64,000 nt of DNA, from the NCBI GenBank assembly GCA_900088475.1, contig FLMG01001070.1:1-64000 (forward strand), read 5' to 3'. This document shows positions 14,135 through 26,494 of this stretch, one piece after another (within the stretch, counting starts at the first letter, position 1; the number at the start of each line of letters is the position of its first letter). The notes under the pieces are model-generated. The model saw only the letters and a program-made list of their open reading frames with translations, made no database searches and had not been told where the DNA came from. The translations under genes were made by a program, and so were the position numbers. Origin of the DNA: Hyphochytrium catenoides (Eukaryota > Protista > Hyphochytriomycota).

Positions 14135-14792
14135 CTCTCTCTCTCGCTCTCTCGCTCTCTCTCTGTGTCGCTCCTTTTCCTTCCATTCCATTCTCTCCTC
14201 TTTTATTGACTTGCTACTGTCTCTCTTCTCTTGTCTTCTGCTCCTTTTCTCTCATGCCTCTCTCTCTCCTCTTCCTGTCTCTCCCCTCTTTATCCTTCTT
14301 CCTCACACACTCTCTCGTCCCCTTCGCTCTGTCTGTCTCTCCTCTCTTCTCTGTGGCGACTCATCCTCACCTCTTCTGTTCGGCTGGTTGTTCTGCTACA
14401 GCCCTTGTTCATCCTCTTTCCCCACTGCATCTTTCTTTCCCGACAAAGGTATACACAGAGTACAACAGAGTAGCCCGGCTGGCTGGACTTAGAAGCCTGT
14501 TGCAGATCACGCTCTGGCCCAAGTTTTTTCTGCATTCGTCTGGACAAGTGTGCAGTCAAGCAGAAGAAGAGCCAGATCCAAAGAGTCTCGCTGATGACGT
14601 GCATTTTTGAAGATTCATTGCAACCTGAAAGGAAGGACGTTTGAGGAAGCAAGGTTGATAATGGATTAGCAACGAAAAGACTGGTTCGTTGTCCTTTATT
14701 GCTCAGATTAGCGACAGATTCTTCTCCGTCTACCGATCTTAGTATTCTACACGTTCTATCGTCTTCCTAGTGGGCACTGGTCGGTGAAGCTT

Positions 14793-17644
14793 ATGGCGGG
14801 CCAAAGGTAAGAACTGAAGATTGATAGTGTAGGGCAACTTATGGCGTCTGCTATCCATTCTAACGGCAAGGTTGTCACTCTGCTGTAGGCAAGGATCCTA
14901 CAAACTCAGTGCAAAGGGATCCAATGCAGAGAGCTTTAAATCTGCTCACAGCACACAAAGCCCTGCGCTAGTCTCGTCCTTACCTAGCCACAACCCGTCC
15001 CTCGTTGGCGCTTCGGAGTCAAGCGCGCCGGACTCTCCCGGAGTGAATCATGACACACAGATCCCAGTAACAGGAATCAAGAAAGAAAGCTCTGAAGCTG
15101 TGTTGAATGAGCCGGAAGGTGAGGAGAGAAGGTTTAGCCAAGAAAGGAGGCCGGCGACATCCGAGAAGGCAGTCTTGAGGATAGTGGAAGGGGAGAAGGA
15201 TAGAGAACAGACCAGCACGTTCAGTGCGTCCACCTATCATGAGACGATCGGAACAGACTATGGCAAGTCGACTGCAGTCTTTACCGAGGATGACACCGGC
15301 AGCGTGGAGAACGACGGGCAGCCGAAGAAGCAAGTGATAGGTAGGCAATAGAAGACCACTTCAACTGCACAATCTCTCTTTGGTGTCACAGTCCTTTGGT
15401 ACTGGCATGTCTCTGTCCGAATCCTCACATAATATCGTCTGTTGTCGTCAGTTGGACGGTGTACAACTGAGAATCATGTCTCCTTCTTTGCATCCTCTGT
15501 ACTATTTCTTCTCCGTTGTCCTCGCCACCTGACGGATCTCTATCTTTTTTCTCTACGCCGCCTCTGCCCCGCCAATGCGTTCAAGTCTAACGTCGTCTTA
15601 ACCTTAATTGCTTCCTCCACGTTCTCTATGTAAAGCAGAAGAAGAATCAGAGAAAGAGAGTCACGAGTTTGATCACCCTACGTTATACTTGGATGACCAT
15701 GGCGTTCTGCGCCATAAGAACTCTGACACGACGGTGACGGATGTGGAATTCTACTCGTTGGGCGAGGAGCTCTTGCACTCGCTAGAGGAGCATGTAGAGA
15801 GCAAGATGATGCGCCAGTTTGGCCTTAAGTGCTTTTACATGCCTTCGAAGGAGGCATCTCTACACTCCACACTCTTTGTCTCTGAGGACTACCAGCGATG
15901 CGATAAAGTTGTGGTCTTCGTCGGTGCATGCCGTGGTGCACGACCTGGTGTATGGAGTCGAAGTGTACTCGTTCGACTGGGTATCCAGAAGGGCTCTATG
16001 CTACCGTACTTTGCGGTTGCCCAGAGTCAGAACTACGGGATCGTAGTGCTGAATCCTAGCAACACAAGCACGCTGACGACGGACCCGGTGACGGGTGAAA
16101 AGGTTAAGAGGCTTATACCATGCTCTTCAACTCCTGAAGAGCATATGGTATCAGCTTGGGACTATTGCCTCGCTGACACCCATGCGAGCAAGATCTCCTT
16201 TGTCTGCTATGCCTACGGGGGGCTGCTGACCAAGCATCTGCTAAGAGAGAGGCTGCCGGAGATTTTCCCCCGCTTCAACGGCGCTGTCTTTATTGAGTCA
16301 AACATTTCTGTCCTGGACACTGATCCCAATGCCCTCCAGAGTATGCTGCTGCAACAGTGCATTCGGTGGGAATCTTCATATGAGCCGTTTGGCTCACTGA
16401 TTTCCAACGATCCCAATGCCTGCGTCATCCTCTCTGCAGCAAAGAAGCCAAGCGACCATTCTAACTCGGGCTACCTGGTGGACAGACTTCTGTTTCAGTC
16501 CTTCAACTTCTTAGAATATGGCAATGCCACCGTGTTTGCCACAGAGCTCGCTAGGCGGCTGCGGTCCACAAGAACAAAGAGTGCCCCGGACAATGCGGAT
16601 GTCCATATTACCCATCGACAGTTCGATAAGCTGACTGTCGAAGACTTTGAGTTGCTGAAGGTGATAGGCAAGGGTGCATTCGGGAAAGTGATGTTGGTCA
16701 GGAAGAAAGAAGGTGCGAACGTCGGAGAGATCTTCGCCCTGAAGGTGCTGAAGAAAGCTGCAGTGTTCGCAAAGAAGCAGGTCGACCACACGATAACGGA
16801 GAGAAGAATCTTGAAGGAGATCAAGCATCCATTCATTGTCGACCTTCGCTTTGCCTTTCAGACAGACGAGAAGCTCTACATTGTAATGGACTATTACCCT
16901 GGAGGCTCTCTCTTCTTCCATTTGAGGAAATGCCAGAGATTTAGTGAGGGCAGGGCCCGTTTCTATGCGGCAGAGCTGCTGCTCGCTCTCCATCACCTGC
17001 ACAAATATAACATTGCCTATCGGGATCTCAAGCTTGAGAACATACTAATGGATGCTGAGGGCCATGTGGCACTGACGGACTTCGGCTTATCGAAGGAGAA
17101 CGTAGAGGTGCCTGACAGCGTTAAGACTTTCTGCGGTACAGCAGAATACATTGCTCCGGAGCTACTCAGGGGCCAGGGTTATGGCAAAGCTGTTGATTGG
17201 TGGGGCTTCGGCATCTTGGTCTACGAGATGATTGCGGGCCGGACACCATTCTATGACAAGAACAGGAAGCGCATGTTTCACTTCATCCTTCACCGGGAAG
17301 TCGCCTTTCCGCCCTTCTTCTCTGAAAATGCGAAGTCTCTTCTCGTAGGGCTTCTGAAGAAGAGTCCTTCAGAGAGACTGGGTTTTAAGGGCTGGGAGGA
17401 GATCATAGATCATCCCTTCTTTGCAGAGATCGACTTTGATGCGTTGATGAACAAGCAGGTGACGCCGCCGTTCAAGCCACGGGTGGCCGATGAGATGGAT
17501 ACAGGCAACGTAGCAACAGTCTTCACGCGCGAAGTCCCTCAGGACACGCCGGTGCCTAGAGGTCAGATGGACGCTAAGCAAGCCAAGGCTTTTGAGGGCT
17601 TCACCTACATTCCTGACAGTCAGCTGAATGTGCCAGGAGCCTAG
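14793..17644 (+). CDS. Arb2/FAM172-like domain fused to an AGC-family Ser/Thr kinase (Akt/SGK/S6K-like, no PH domain)
   Basis: Exons ~14793-14806, ~14890-15340, ~15639-17644. Arb2-like motifs RPGVWSR, GSMLPY, YGIVVLNP, TPEEH..AWD, CYAYGG; kinase motifs GKGAFGKV, ALK, YRDLKLEN, DFG, TFCGTAEYIAPE, hydrophobic motif FEGFTY. Both domains lie in one uninterrupted exon. Confidence 0.9.
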
Positions 17645-18915
17645 AAACACCACTCAGATTCCCGCATCGTATCGTCGTCCAGTGTCCCCTCTCTCATCTC
17701 TGTTAATAGCCTCCCTCTCACTTTCTTCTTTCTCATTCGGTACATTACGTCCAGAGCCACAGATCTGCTGTGCATCCCTGTTCTCTTCCTTTTACTTTAA
17801 CTTTGTCTGAACTTCTTCGTACATAAGGTATGTGCATAGCTTTCGTCCTCCTATGCTGTCATGGGTCGCAGGCAGTAGGGTGACACGATGCTAGTCTTAA
17901 CCTTAATCGTTCGCTCTCTTTGTTAGTGTCCAGCTTCCACCGGATGCCCAGAGAAGCATTTGGCACAGTGCTAGGACCACATAATAAATGAAAGAATAAC
18001 CTCTTTTCTCTTTCTTTTTGAACTGAGAGGGGTGAGGAGGCAGCTGCATGGCTCTCTCTCCAGCCTACCTAGTGGGCCATTTGAGAGCGTCCTCTTTCCG
18101 GATTGGCACCCTACGTAGTGATACCTGGCTGGGGTAACTCGTCAGAATGCGACACTAGGGTAGCCGCGGAGGCTTCCGAAGAGAGGCAGCAAAGATTGGG
18201 CCCAGGATATCATTGAATTATAGCAGTCTGGATGATGAATGATGAAAAACCGAGGGAGCGGTGCACCCAGATGAGGAATTGTCTAAACGCCACGATCACC
18301 AAAGTATAAGAAACTCTCTGGGGATACAAGCACAAGCGGCGAGGCTCGCCCTCTTCTTCCTCTCCCTGAGACGCTAGCAGCAGCTCTAGCAGCGTCTTCA
18401 AGAGTTCAAGAGGCAGCTCATCAGCTGTGAACGGTGAGAGGAGGTGCGAAGCAGCGGCAGCAGAGGCATCGTTAGCAAGCTTCAATTTCAACCATAAATA
18501 TACGTATTAAGTCACCATGTCAATAAATCAGCAGATGTTCATCATAGCTCATACTCGGTTCCTCTCGTGCTACTCTGTATTTTTTATAATAAAGTGTAAT
18601 ACAATCTTCAGTGGCTCCCGATATCGTCGCCTTTGGGCTTACACTTTTCTGCCTCCCACGGTCATCAGCATGCATCGGACGAGAGCTGGTGAGAAGCTAT
18701 TGAGCAGGAGGAACAGCCGAGCTTGACGCTCTTTGTCTCTCCCAGAGCCTCCGCCTTTTCATTTAAGCAACATCCATATACAAGCTGCACCATGCTAGCA
18801 TCCACTGTTCTCAACCGGTATTTCTCCGTCCCTTTTCTCCTTTTTACCCGCGTAGCAAGCAACATCAATTTGACCCATCGCTGTTGAGAGCAGCGCGTGA
18901 CTCGGAAGAGCTGGG

Positions 18916-20339
18916 ATGGCTGCCATGGCAGGAAACAATGGCGTTGTCATTCAGACCATTGGTCCGGCGGTCATTGTTTGGGGCGACTTCTATAATATTA
19001 TGTGCGTAGTGAAGGTTGCCATGCTCTGGCGGTGCCCCTGCCCCCGCCTCGTTCTTCAGCCTTCGAATATGGCTAAGTCTGACGCTCCGCCCTTTATCTC
19101 CGTCTGAATGGCAGTCACTTGGAGTGTGCGGCTTGCGGCAAAAGGAGGTCCTGTCCTTGGTATGGAACCTCAATGAGAGGCATAACTCCGTGCCCTTTAC
19201 CCAGCAAGGGTCTGGGTCCTGGAGGTGGTGTAAGGTAAGTCTCAGCCCTGATGTGAGGACAGGTCTAGGTGCTCCCAGTGAAAGCTCATTCCATAACTAA
19301 CTTCCCCCTAATCCATGATCCACCTCAACGTAGTGGTGAGCAGCAGGAAGCGTGTAACAGCTGTGGACACGGCGTAATGTATCCGAAGTACCGGTTAAAT
19401 GTGAGGGTCATCCTTAACTTCCTTGCACTGCGCTAGGTTATTAATCAAGGGCTCTGCAGGTAAAGTTTGCAGTAGGGGATAACTGCTTTGATGCTCTGGC
19501 CTTTGATGAGGTGGTGGAGTACTTCTTCGGCTGCTCAGCATGGCGCTTCTATGAGGTAATTCCTAAGTGAGAAGACAGAAGCTGAGGGCGGTGAAGTATT
19601 TCTTACCTCTGTGACTCTCCCCTGTCCATGTCTCTTCTGTACGACTGGGTGTCTCTTCTTTCTCTTTGTTTATCTCCCGCTTAGTCTCTCTCTTGTCAGG
19701 TATGACCCGTCTTTCGGCCCTACTGACTGTCACAGTAGCTCAGTTGGACGTACTGCCATTCTTCATGACAAGGCCCTGACGCTAACCTCTTCAACAGCTC
19801 AGAAAACAAGAAGAGCACCTTGTTCGCCGCGTGAAGGACTTGGTTGAAGATGTGTACTGTGACCTGGTGTTAAAGGTAAGGGGCCGGTCCCTTTCCTTCT
19901 GGTGCCATTGAGCACTCTTTGTAGCATGCGATGTCTTCTTGAGTAACTGAGCACTATAAGCCCATCGCCAATCTCAATCTCAGTCGGTCTTGGATTGTGT
20001 CTCCCATCTTTGTCTCACCTTGTTAGATAGATTAGCCGCCTTCACGACTTAGTGCTTTGCGGCTAGCACTCATTCCGCTCGATCTCAGTTCCGGCCGCAA
20101 GGCAAAGCTACTGCCAAATCCCACTATCAGACACAGGTGAGATGTGCTGTTATTGTAGGTCATAGACTGGCGTGACGTTGCTGTGTTATGAGTTGGCTCA
20201 TCTTTTCCCTCGCATTCTTCGTTCCCCATGACCTTAGCTCAAGAAAGATCCCATCATTGTGGATATAAAGCCTCTACAGAAGAGTTATCCCAAGGGCAAG
20301 ATTGTGGCGACTGTACTAGGAAGAGACGGCTTATCATAG
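18916..20339 (+). CDS. Small stand-alone RPA1-C-terminal-like OB fold with Zn ribbon (Rep_fac-A_C / DDIAS-N-like), ~7 exons
   Basis: Manual splicing gives ..WGDFYNIIHLECAACGKRR..EACNSCGHGVMYPKYRLN|VKFAVGDNCFDALAFDEVVEYFFGCSA..; CxxC..CxxC plus YRL..FD..FFG.SA is the RPA1 DBD-C pattern. Confidence 0.7.
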
Positions 20340-20632
20340 GATATAGTCCCTCCAAAGTAAGTCCAGGACATTGACATTAGATGTTGTCTTTGAGCATATT
20401 CAATATATACCAGAGGAGTCTACTGGGAATCAGAGGCTAACTGTGCTCTGAACATAGGTTAAACCATCCGCCTTTCTTGAAGCTCTGACTAAACTCTTTG
20501 ATGAGGAGCTTGGAGCAAGCGGAACAAGCCCTGTTTGGCCTTCTGTGGAGCTTTGGACAGTTTTAGATGCAGCACCCGTGATTGCACCCGTCGTCACACT
20601 TCCCTCGCTTCTTCGAGACTTCCATTCTCTCC

Positions 20633-22366
20633 TCAGCTAAGGACTTCATGTTGCTCTCTTGCTTCTTCGGCTAGAGCAGACTTCGCGAAGTTCTTCACAG
20701 CCCGAAGCTGGAGCTCTTCCCTATTTAGTGGACGATCTCCATCATCCACCTCCGACTCATCTCCAGAATTGAGATCTTCAGCGGCCGGTGCAGACACTTG
20801 TAGCGGACCTAGGAGTGGAGATTGCTCTTGCTCCACTATCGTGGATCGGACAATGTCATCTATTGTCCTGTCATCGCCTTCGGGCCTTGAGAAGTCTGTG
20901 AGTTTCTGTTCAATGATCTCTAAGCACTGCATAAGGTTAGAGGCCGTAGTTCCTTGCACAGGCATCTCTTCCGGAGATCCAGTCGCATCTAAGCGGTTAA
21001 AGATACTCTGTATGCCACCCTTGAGTACATTCAGCTCTTCCATCGACTCTTCATACTTCTTCTGATACTCGACTATGTGCACCTCGGCAGCGAGATACTT
21101 AGCGTCCAGCGTGCGAAGTAGCTTCTTACGCTGGGCATCAGTGTTAAAGTCTTGGCCCTTTAGATGCTCCAGTTCTGACTTCCTTTCTATAAGACGAAGC
21201 TCGACCCGTGCGATTTCAGAGTTGAGATTGTTCACATACTTATACAACGAGAAAATCTTGTCCTCCCCTTCAAGAAATTGGTCGATCTAGAGAGTGGAAG
21301 CGTTATAGAAAGTCCATTCGCGGAAGAACAAAGTTAGAAGAAGCTGAGTGGTACCAGGTAGAGACCGAACGAAGAAGAAAGGCAGCAAGAGCAGTTAGGT
21401 TTAGACCCACGAAGAGACATGGGGCTGCTGCAGTACACTTGGAGGAGTAGTAAACGTGAGAGAGTGTCCTACCAGACTATCAACATCCAGCACACCGTCG
21501 GCATTTCTCAACATCTTTAGTTGATTCTCGTACTGCTGGAGCTTCTCGCTTGTCAGCTTGGTCTTAGATTTCTCGTTGAGAAACTCCCATTGTGACCTAA
21601 TGACTCTTTTTTTGATCTTATCCTCTTGCTCTACGCTCAGAATGCCCACAGGATTGGCCAGGCTTTCCTGAGACACTGCTCCTTCAACGCCTTCCTGAGC
21701 CCTTTGGAGCTTTTTCTTCTCATCGGATACCGCCTGACCCAGTCTGTCCCATTCCGTGCGGAAGTGTTCCCTTCTTAGCTTGGCTTGCTCATGGAGGGAG
21801 CGAAGTTTAGCGTGACATTGGTCTCTCTCATCAAGCGCGGCTCTGGTATCTCGGAAGGACTGTGCGATCTCTTTCTTCATCTCATGGATCTGTCGTTCCA
21901 GATTGCGATATATCTTGTCAAAGCAAGCTCTGTCTCGTCTGTAGCTGTTGATCTGCTCTCTCACGAAGTTATTCTCACTAATTGTCTTGTTTAGCTTCAT
22001 CAGTGCCTTGTCAACCCGCTGATGGATTAGCTTTGACTGCTTCGACAGCAGAAGGTCGTTCTCCTTGAAAGCATTAATGCCTCCTCCTACTTCTTTTCTC
22101 TCCTCTTCTACCCGGGTCTGCAGCATGCGAAGCCTTGCCTGAGTTTGCTGAACCTTCTTTTTCTCCGCATCACGCTTCCTGGCATAGACGGCCAATTGGT
22201 CCTCTAACTGCTTTAGTACTTCCGCTGCAGCGAAGGTTTGGTTGGGTTTCACGCTCTGAACACGATTCACTAGCTCAATTCGGAGCTCCTCCGTCTCCTC
22301 CTTGAACTTTTCAACTACTTGGTGCTGCTCCTGCAAAGACCTGGGCAAGCGCTTGAGGACAGGCAT
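20633..22366 (-). CDS. ODA1: Outer dynein arm docking complex subunit (ODA1/DC2, CCDC114/CCDC63 family), 2 exons (22366-21473, 21286-20633)
   Basis: Coiled coil with VDKALMKLNKTISENNFVREQINSYRRDRACFDKIYRNLE and FLEGEDKIFSLYKYVNNLNSEI, then RPLNREEL near the C-terminus. Confidence 0.85.
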
Positions 22367-22985
22367 GGTGTCTGACTTCGTTATCCGCCCTCTGTCCGAG
22401 TTCGTTATGCTTCTCTCTCCTCTTCAAGGTAGATACTTGCTAAAGGGAGATTTAGTGAGACGCCCCTCCTCCCTGCCCACTGCGTACAACCCAGCCACTG
22501 ATGGGTTTGCCTGGAAAGGGCGTAGCTAGGCCTTAAGTGCGACCAAAACCGGCATCTTTATAAGACTCTAGTGACGGTATGAATGGCGGTGGTCAACGCT
22601 CCATGTTATGTGGTGTTTAGAGCGGTGATTGACATTCAGCTTGAGTAGGCTTCCGAGGCCTTCCAAGATCTGCTTTCTCTTTCCGCTACGTTGAAGAGTC
22701 CATCCAAGCAAGCAGGCAAATACAACGATGGTACGTTGTCACCCTCACAAGGTCTAGCGTTACCCTTGTCTCGTCCTCCTGGAATCTTCCACTTCACCGT
22801 TCCGATTCTTGCTCCTTGCAGCGATACAAGTTCTCTTCCTCCTTCAAGTCTTTCCTTCCTCCGTCTCTCCTCTTTAGCTCCAACTCATGGAGCCTCTCTG
22901 TCTTTGTCATGCTGTGCCAGGATGGTGGTGGATCTCCCACGGACATTTCCCCCCTCTCTCTTCCGCTCTGTTTATCAGTGTCTGT

Positions 22986-23024
<39 letters not shown>

Positions 23025-23410
23025 GTCTGTCCCCCTCTCTGTCTCTATCTCTATCTCTCTTTATTCTCCCTTCCTCTGCTCTGAGGAACCGAGGGGCCGA
23101 GGGTCACAGGGAGCGAAGCGGCAACAGAGAGCTTCTGACGCTTTCGACCTTGTAACGCTAAAGAAAGGCATCCAACGCAGTAGTAATGCAACAAAGATGG
23201 TGGTCTCATTGTGGGCTAACCCAGACATTTACCTGTAGTAATAATAGTACAGGGCAGAACTACCGTTTTGACTGAACCTCGATAACTGACCAGCTACTGC
23301 CTATGATTACTGATTTGAAGGAGACGTTAGCGGAAGGCCCATTGAGTTTGGTTGAGAGTTTGTGAGTTGTGAGTGTGAAGGGAGGAGGATAATTAAAGAG
23401 GAAGAGCGAG

Positions 23411-23433
23411 NNNNNNNNNNNNNNNNNNNNNNN
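23411..23433. other. Assembly gap (N run) within a GA microsatellite
   Basis: 23 N. Confidence 1.
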
Positions 23434-23794
23434 GAGAGAGAGAGAGAGAGAGAGAGAAAGAAAGGGGCAAACGGGGAAAGACAGAGCAGGAAAAGATAGA
23501 GGGGAAAGGAGCATCATGTCATTCCAAGAGCAACAGAGATGAATGGATCCGTTGAAGGTTGAAGACACACAGACTTCGACGTCCAGCTTATTAGCTTGCT
23601 CGCACTACCAGCCAGGCAGAAAGGAGTCTTCACTGCGAAGTCCAGCAGGCTTTCATAGTCCAACTCTGCAAACCTGCAGCATTCCATGGCTTAGAGAGAG
23701 CGATTTCACCACGTTAGCTTGCCATACGCTCTCCCTCTTAGGAGAGACATCCTAGCTCTTTTCTCCTTCGCGAGCTGACCCTCTGGCGGAGAAG

Positions 23795-26334
23795 ATGGCT
23801 AAACGGGTGCACTATTACTATCATGGTAGCGACAAGGACCCTCGTTTCTTCCTTGCCATCTTTATCCCGCTCGCGGGGTCTACCATGTTTTATCTTATCG
23901 CCTTCTGCTATATCTGCAGCCTTCTGCTGCGCAATTTGCTCTGTGTCTCGGAGTTGCCTTACTGCTCACTAGCTCACCATACGTTGCACACCTCCTTATC
24001 TCACTAGACGATATTGGCAACTACTATTTCGGTAAGGGCCATCCCATGAAGGTAGGCTCTTCAAGGTCTCAGTAACATATCTCATGGACGGTGTCCCTGA
24101 CCGCTAATGACCTTAGCCACACCGCATCCGCATGACCCACGAGATGTTGAAGAGCTACAAGCTTCTCGGTGTCATGGAAAGAGCGGTAGGTTAACCCACA
24201 GTCGCAGCAGGAGTTCACGGATGCATCATCTCATGTGGGTGGGCAAAGGTAGATTGACGAAGAGGTGTATACCTAACACATGTAGAGTTCTCATCAGGGA
24301 GTAAGGGACGGACAGTCCAATGACAAGGCAAGAGGATGGAGGAAAAGGGAGAGAACGTAGAAAGCGTTGAGAAGGTACATCTGTCTATAGGAGGATGTGA
24401 AAGTGTGAGAGCAGGAGAGTAGTCCTATTCTATACTAAAGCTTCTGAACAAGCAGCAGATGGAGCGAGCCCTCTCAGCCTTCGAGATGATGAAGTTCCAC
24501 TCGGACGACTACGTCTCGTACCTCCAGGCACCACGCAAAGATGATATTTCGGGAGATCTCAAACGGCTAAAACATTGTACGTAAAACCTTTGGCGAAGGC
24601 AACTCAGCTTAACTTCATGAGCCAAACAGTCTGGGATCCGTCGAACTCACTCTGATCGATGCCGTTCTTTTCACCTTCCTTCCGCGCCCCCGCATGCATC
24701 TGTATCTCTTGCTTTACCTGTTATAGACAACTTGGGCATGGAGTGCCCACTATTCGATGGAGTTTTCGAGTACTGTCAAATTGCCGCCACAGGCTCTGTA
24801 GTTGGTGCACGTAGGCTAAACGAGAAGAAGGCCGATGTCTTTATTAACTACAGCGGCGGGATGAGCCTCGCTCGGCGGTCGCAGAGCTATGGCTTTTGCT
24901 ATGTTAATGATAGCGTTCTGGCCATCTTGGAGCTCTTGCGGTAAGGAGGTCTGCCCACTCGTTCTGAACGAAAGTGCTCCTGTTAATTGGAGGCCGCGTT
25001 CTCGCTGCTTCTTTCCTCTGCTCCCCCGTGCCCTTACTTTGATCTGTTTCATCTTGAGTGCAGCACAACTGCTTGTTTTCCTCACGTCAACGCTTCCCTT
25101 GGTCTGTTGGTTCACGTGGTGCTTCCTGTATGCGATCCTGGCGTTCGTGTCAATACTTCTGGCAGGATGCGTCATTGTGCGGATAACCAACAGCCGATTG
25201 CCCCATTCGCAGGGCTCATCGGCGAGTTCTTTACGTAGATATAGATGCCTTTCACCCGTTAGGTGTGGAGGAAGCCTTTTATAGCACGGACCGAGTGATG
25301 ACCCTATCGTTTCATCAAGAAGGGAGCACAGGGCATATTGACGATATTGGAGTCGGGAAGGGGAAGGGATACGCGGTCAATGTTCCCTTTAAAGACGGGG
25401 TGGACCATAACACATACCTCTCACTCTTCAAGCCAGTGCTGCAGGAGGTTTTAAAACGGTAAGTGCAGAGCTAATCGTGTTTGGTCCTTTCTACTGTGAA
25501 GTGGAAGCGACGAATCTCTACATCAACTCCTCTCTGCCTTCCGCCTTCCCTAGCTCCCCTTCTTTCCCTGCCCGTAGCCGCGCTTTTCCCACTCTCTCTC
25601 ACAAAAGGCTCTAGCAGCTCTAGGAGATCGCCTTATGGCATGACCCCATATCTCTTTCCTTCCTCCTCTCTCTTGGCTGATCCTCAATGCCCAGGTTCCG
25701 CCCCGAGGCGATTGTCTTTCAATGTGGAGCGAGCTGTTTGGGTGGAGACCGGTACTGCAGGATGAATCTGACAGCTGAGACCGTCGCGGAGTGCGCGAAA
25801 GTCTTGAAGGCTGCCGCTAAGCCCTTATTAGTACTAGGAGGCTCAGGGTTCACTCTCAGAAACGTATCGAGGTGCTGGACCTATCTTACAGCAACACTGC
25901 TAGACAGACAGCTATCGCCGGTCATTCCCGATCACAAGTACAGCGATTACTATGGACCGGACTATGTTTTGCTGGACAGGTCCGAGCTGAGCTCGCTGAG
26001 CAACGAAGACCTAAATGACAGGTAAATTGTGGGCCAAGGGACGTATCCGAGAAAAAATTGGTCACTTATTGAGCTGGTTCGAGCTAGTTTTCAACAAGGT
26101 CTAGGATCAGACTCAGGGAGAGAAAAAGGGAGACGACATTCAGACGCTGAGAAGAGAGATAGAAGAGAGCCATGGAGAAGAAAGTGGGAGACAAGGGGCC
26201 GATGCGGTTAGCTTTGGGGAGCTCTTAGCAGTACAGACATTGACTGATGTTTTCACGCCTACAGAGATACGTTAGCTCGGAACCTTAGGACCATTGTAGA
26301 GAACATCCGCAACTTGGTTTTACCTCGCCGATAG
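23795..26334 (+). CDS. Class I (RPD3/HDAC1-like) histone deacetylase homolog with catalytic and Zn-binding residues substituted (probable pseudoenzyme), ~8 exons
   Basis: [80 protein letters not shown]. Reading frame and splice sites are intact; stop TAG 26332-26334. Confidence 0.9.
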
Positions 26335-26494
26335 TGAAGTATCGGCTTCACTGAAGAGGACTTGGTTGTGGGGAAGCAGAAAAAGAGTGAGCTGGATCGC
26401 TCGTTGTATATATAGTTACTGAGGATGTTACATAAGGTTAATAGCAGATGTCAGAAAAGTTGAGAATGCCGCACCAACGAGAGCGAGGCCGCCG

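Noticed and set aside
18210-18491. Minus-strand ORF (ELPLELLKTLLELLL..EEEEG) behind an acceptor-like site
   Set aside because: No start exon or family motif; insufficient support.
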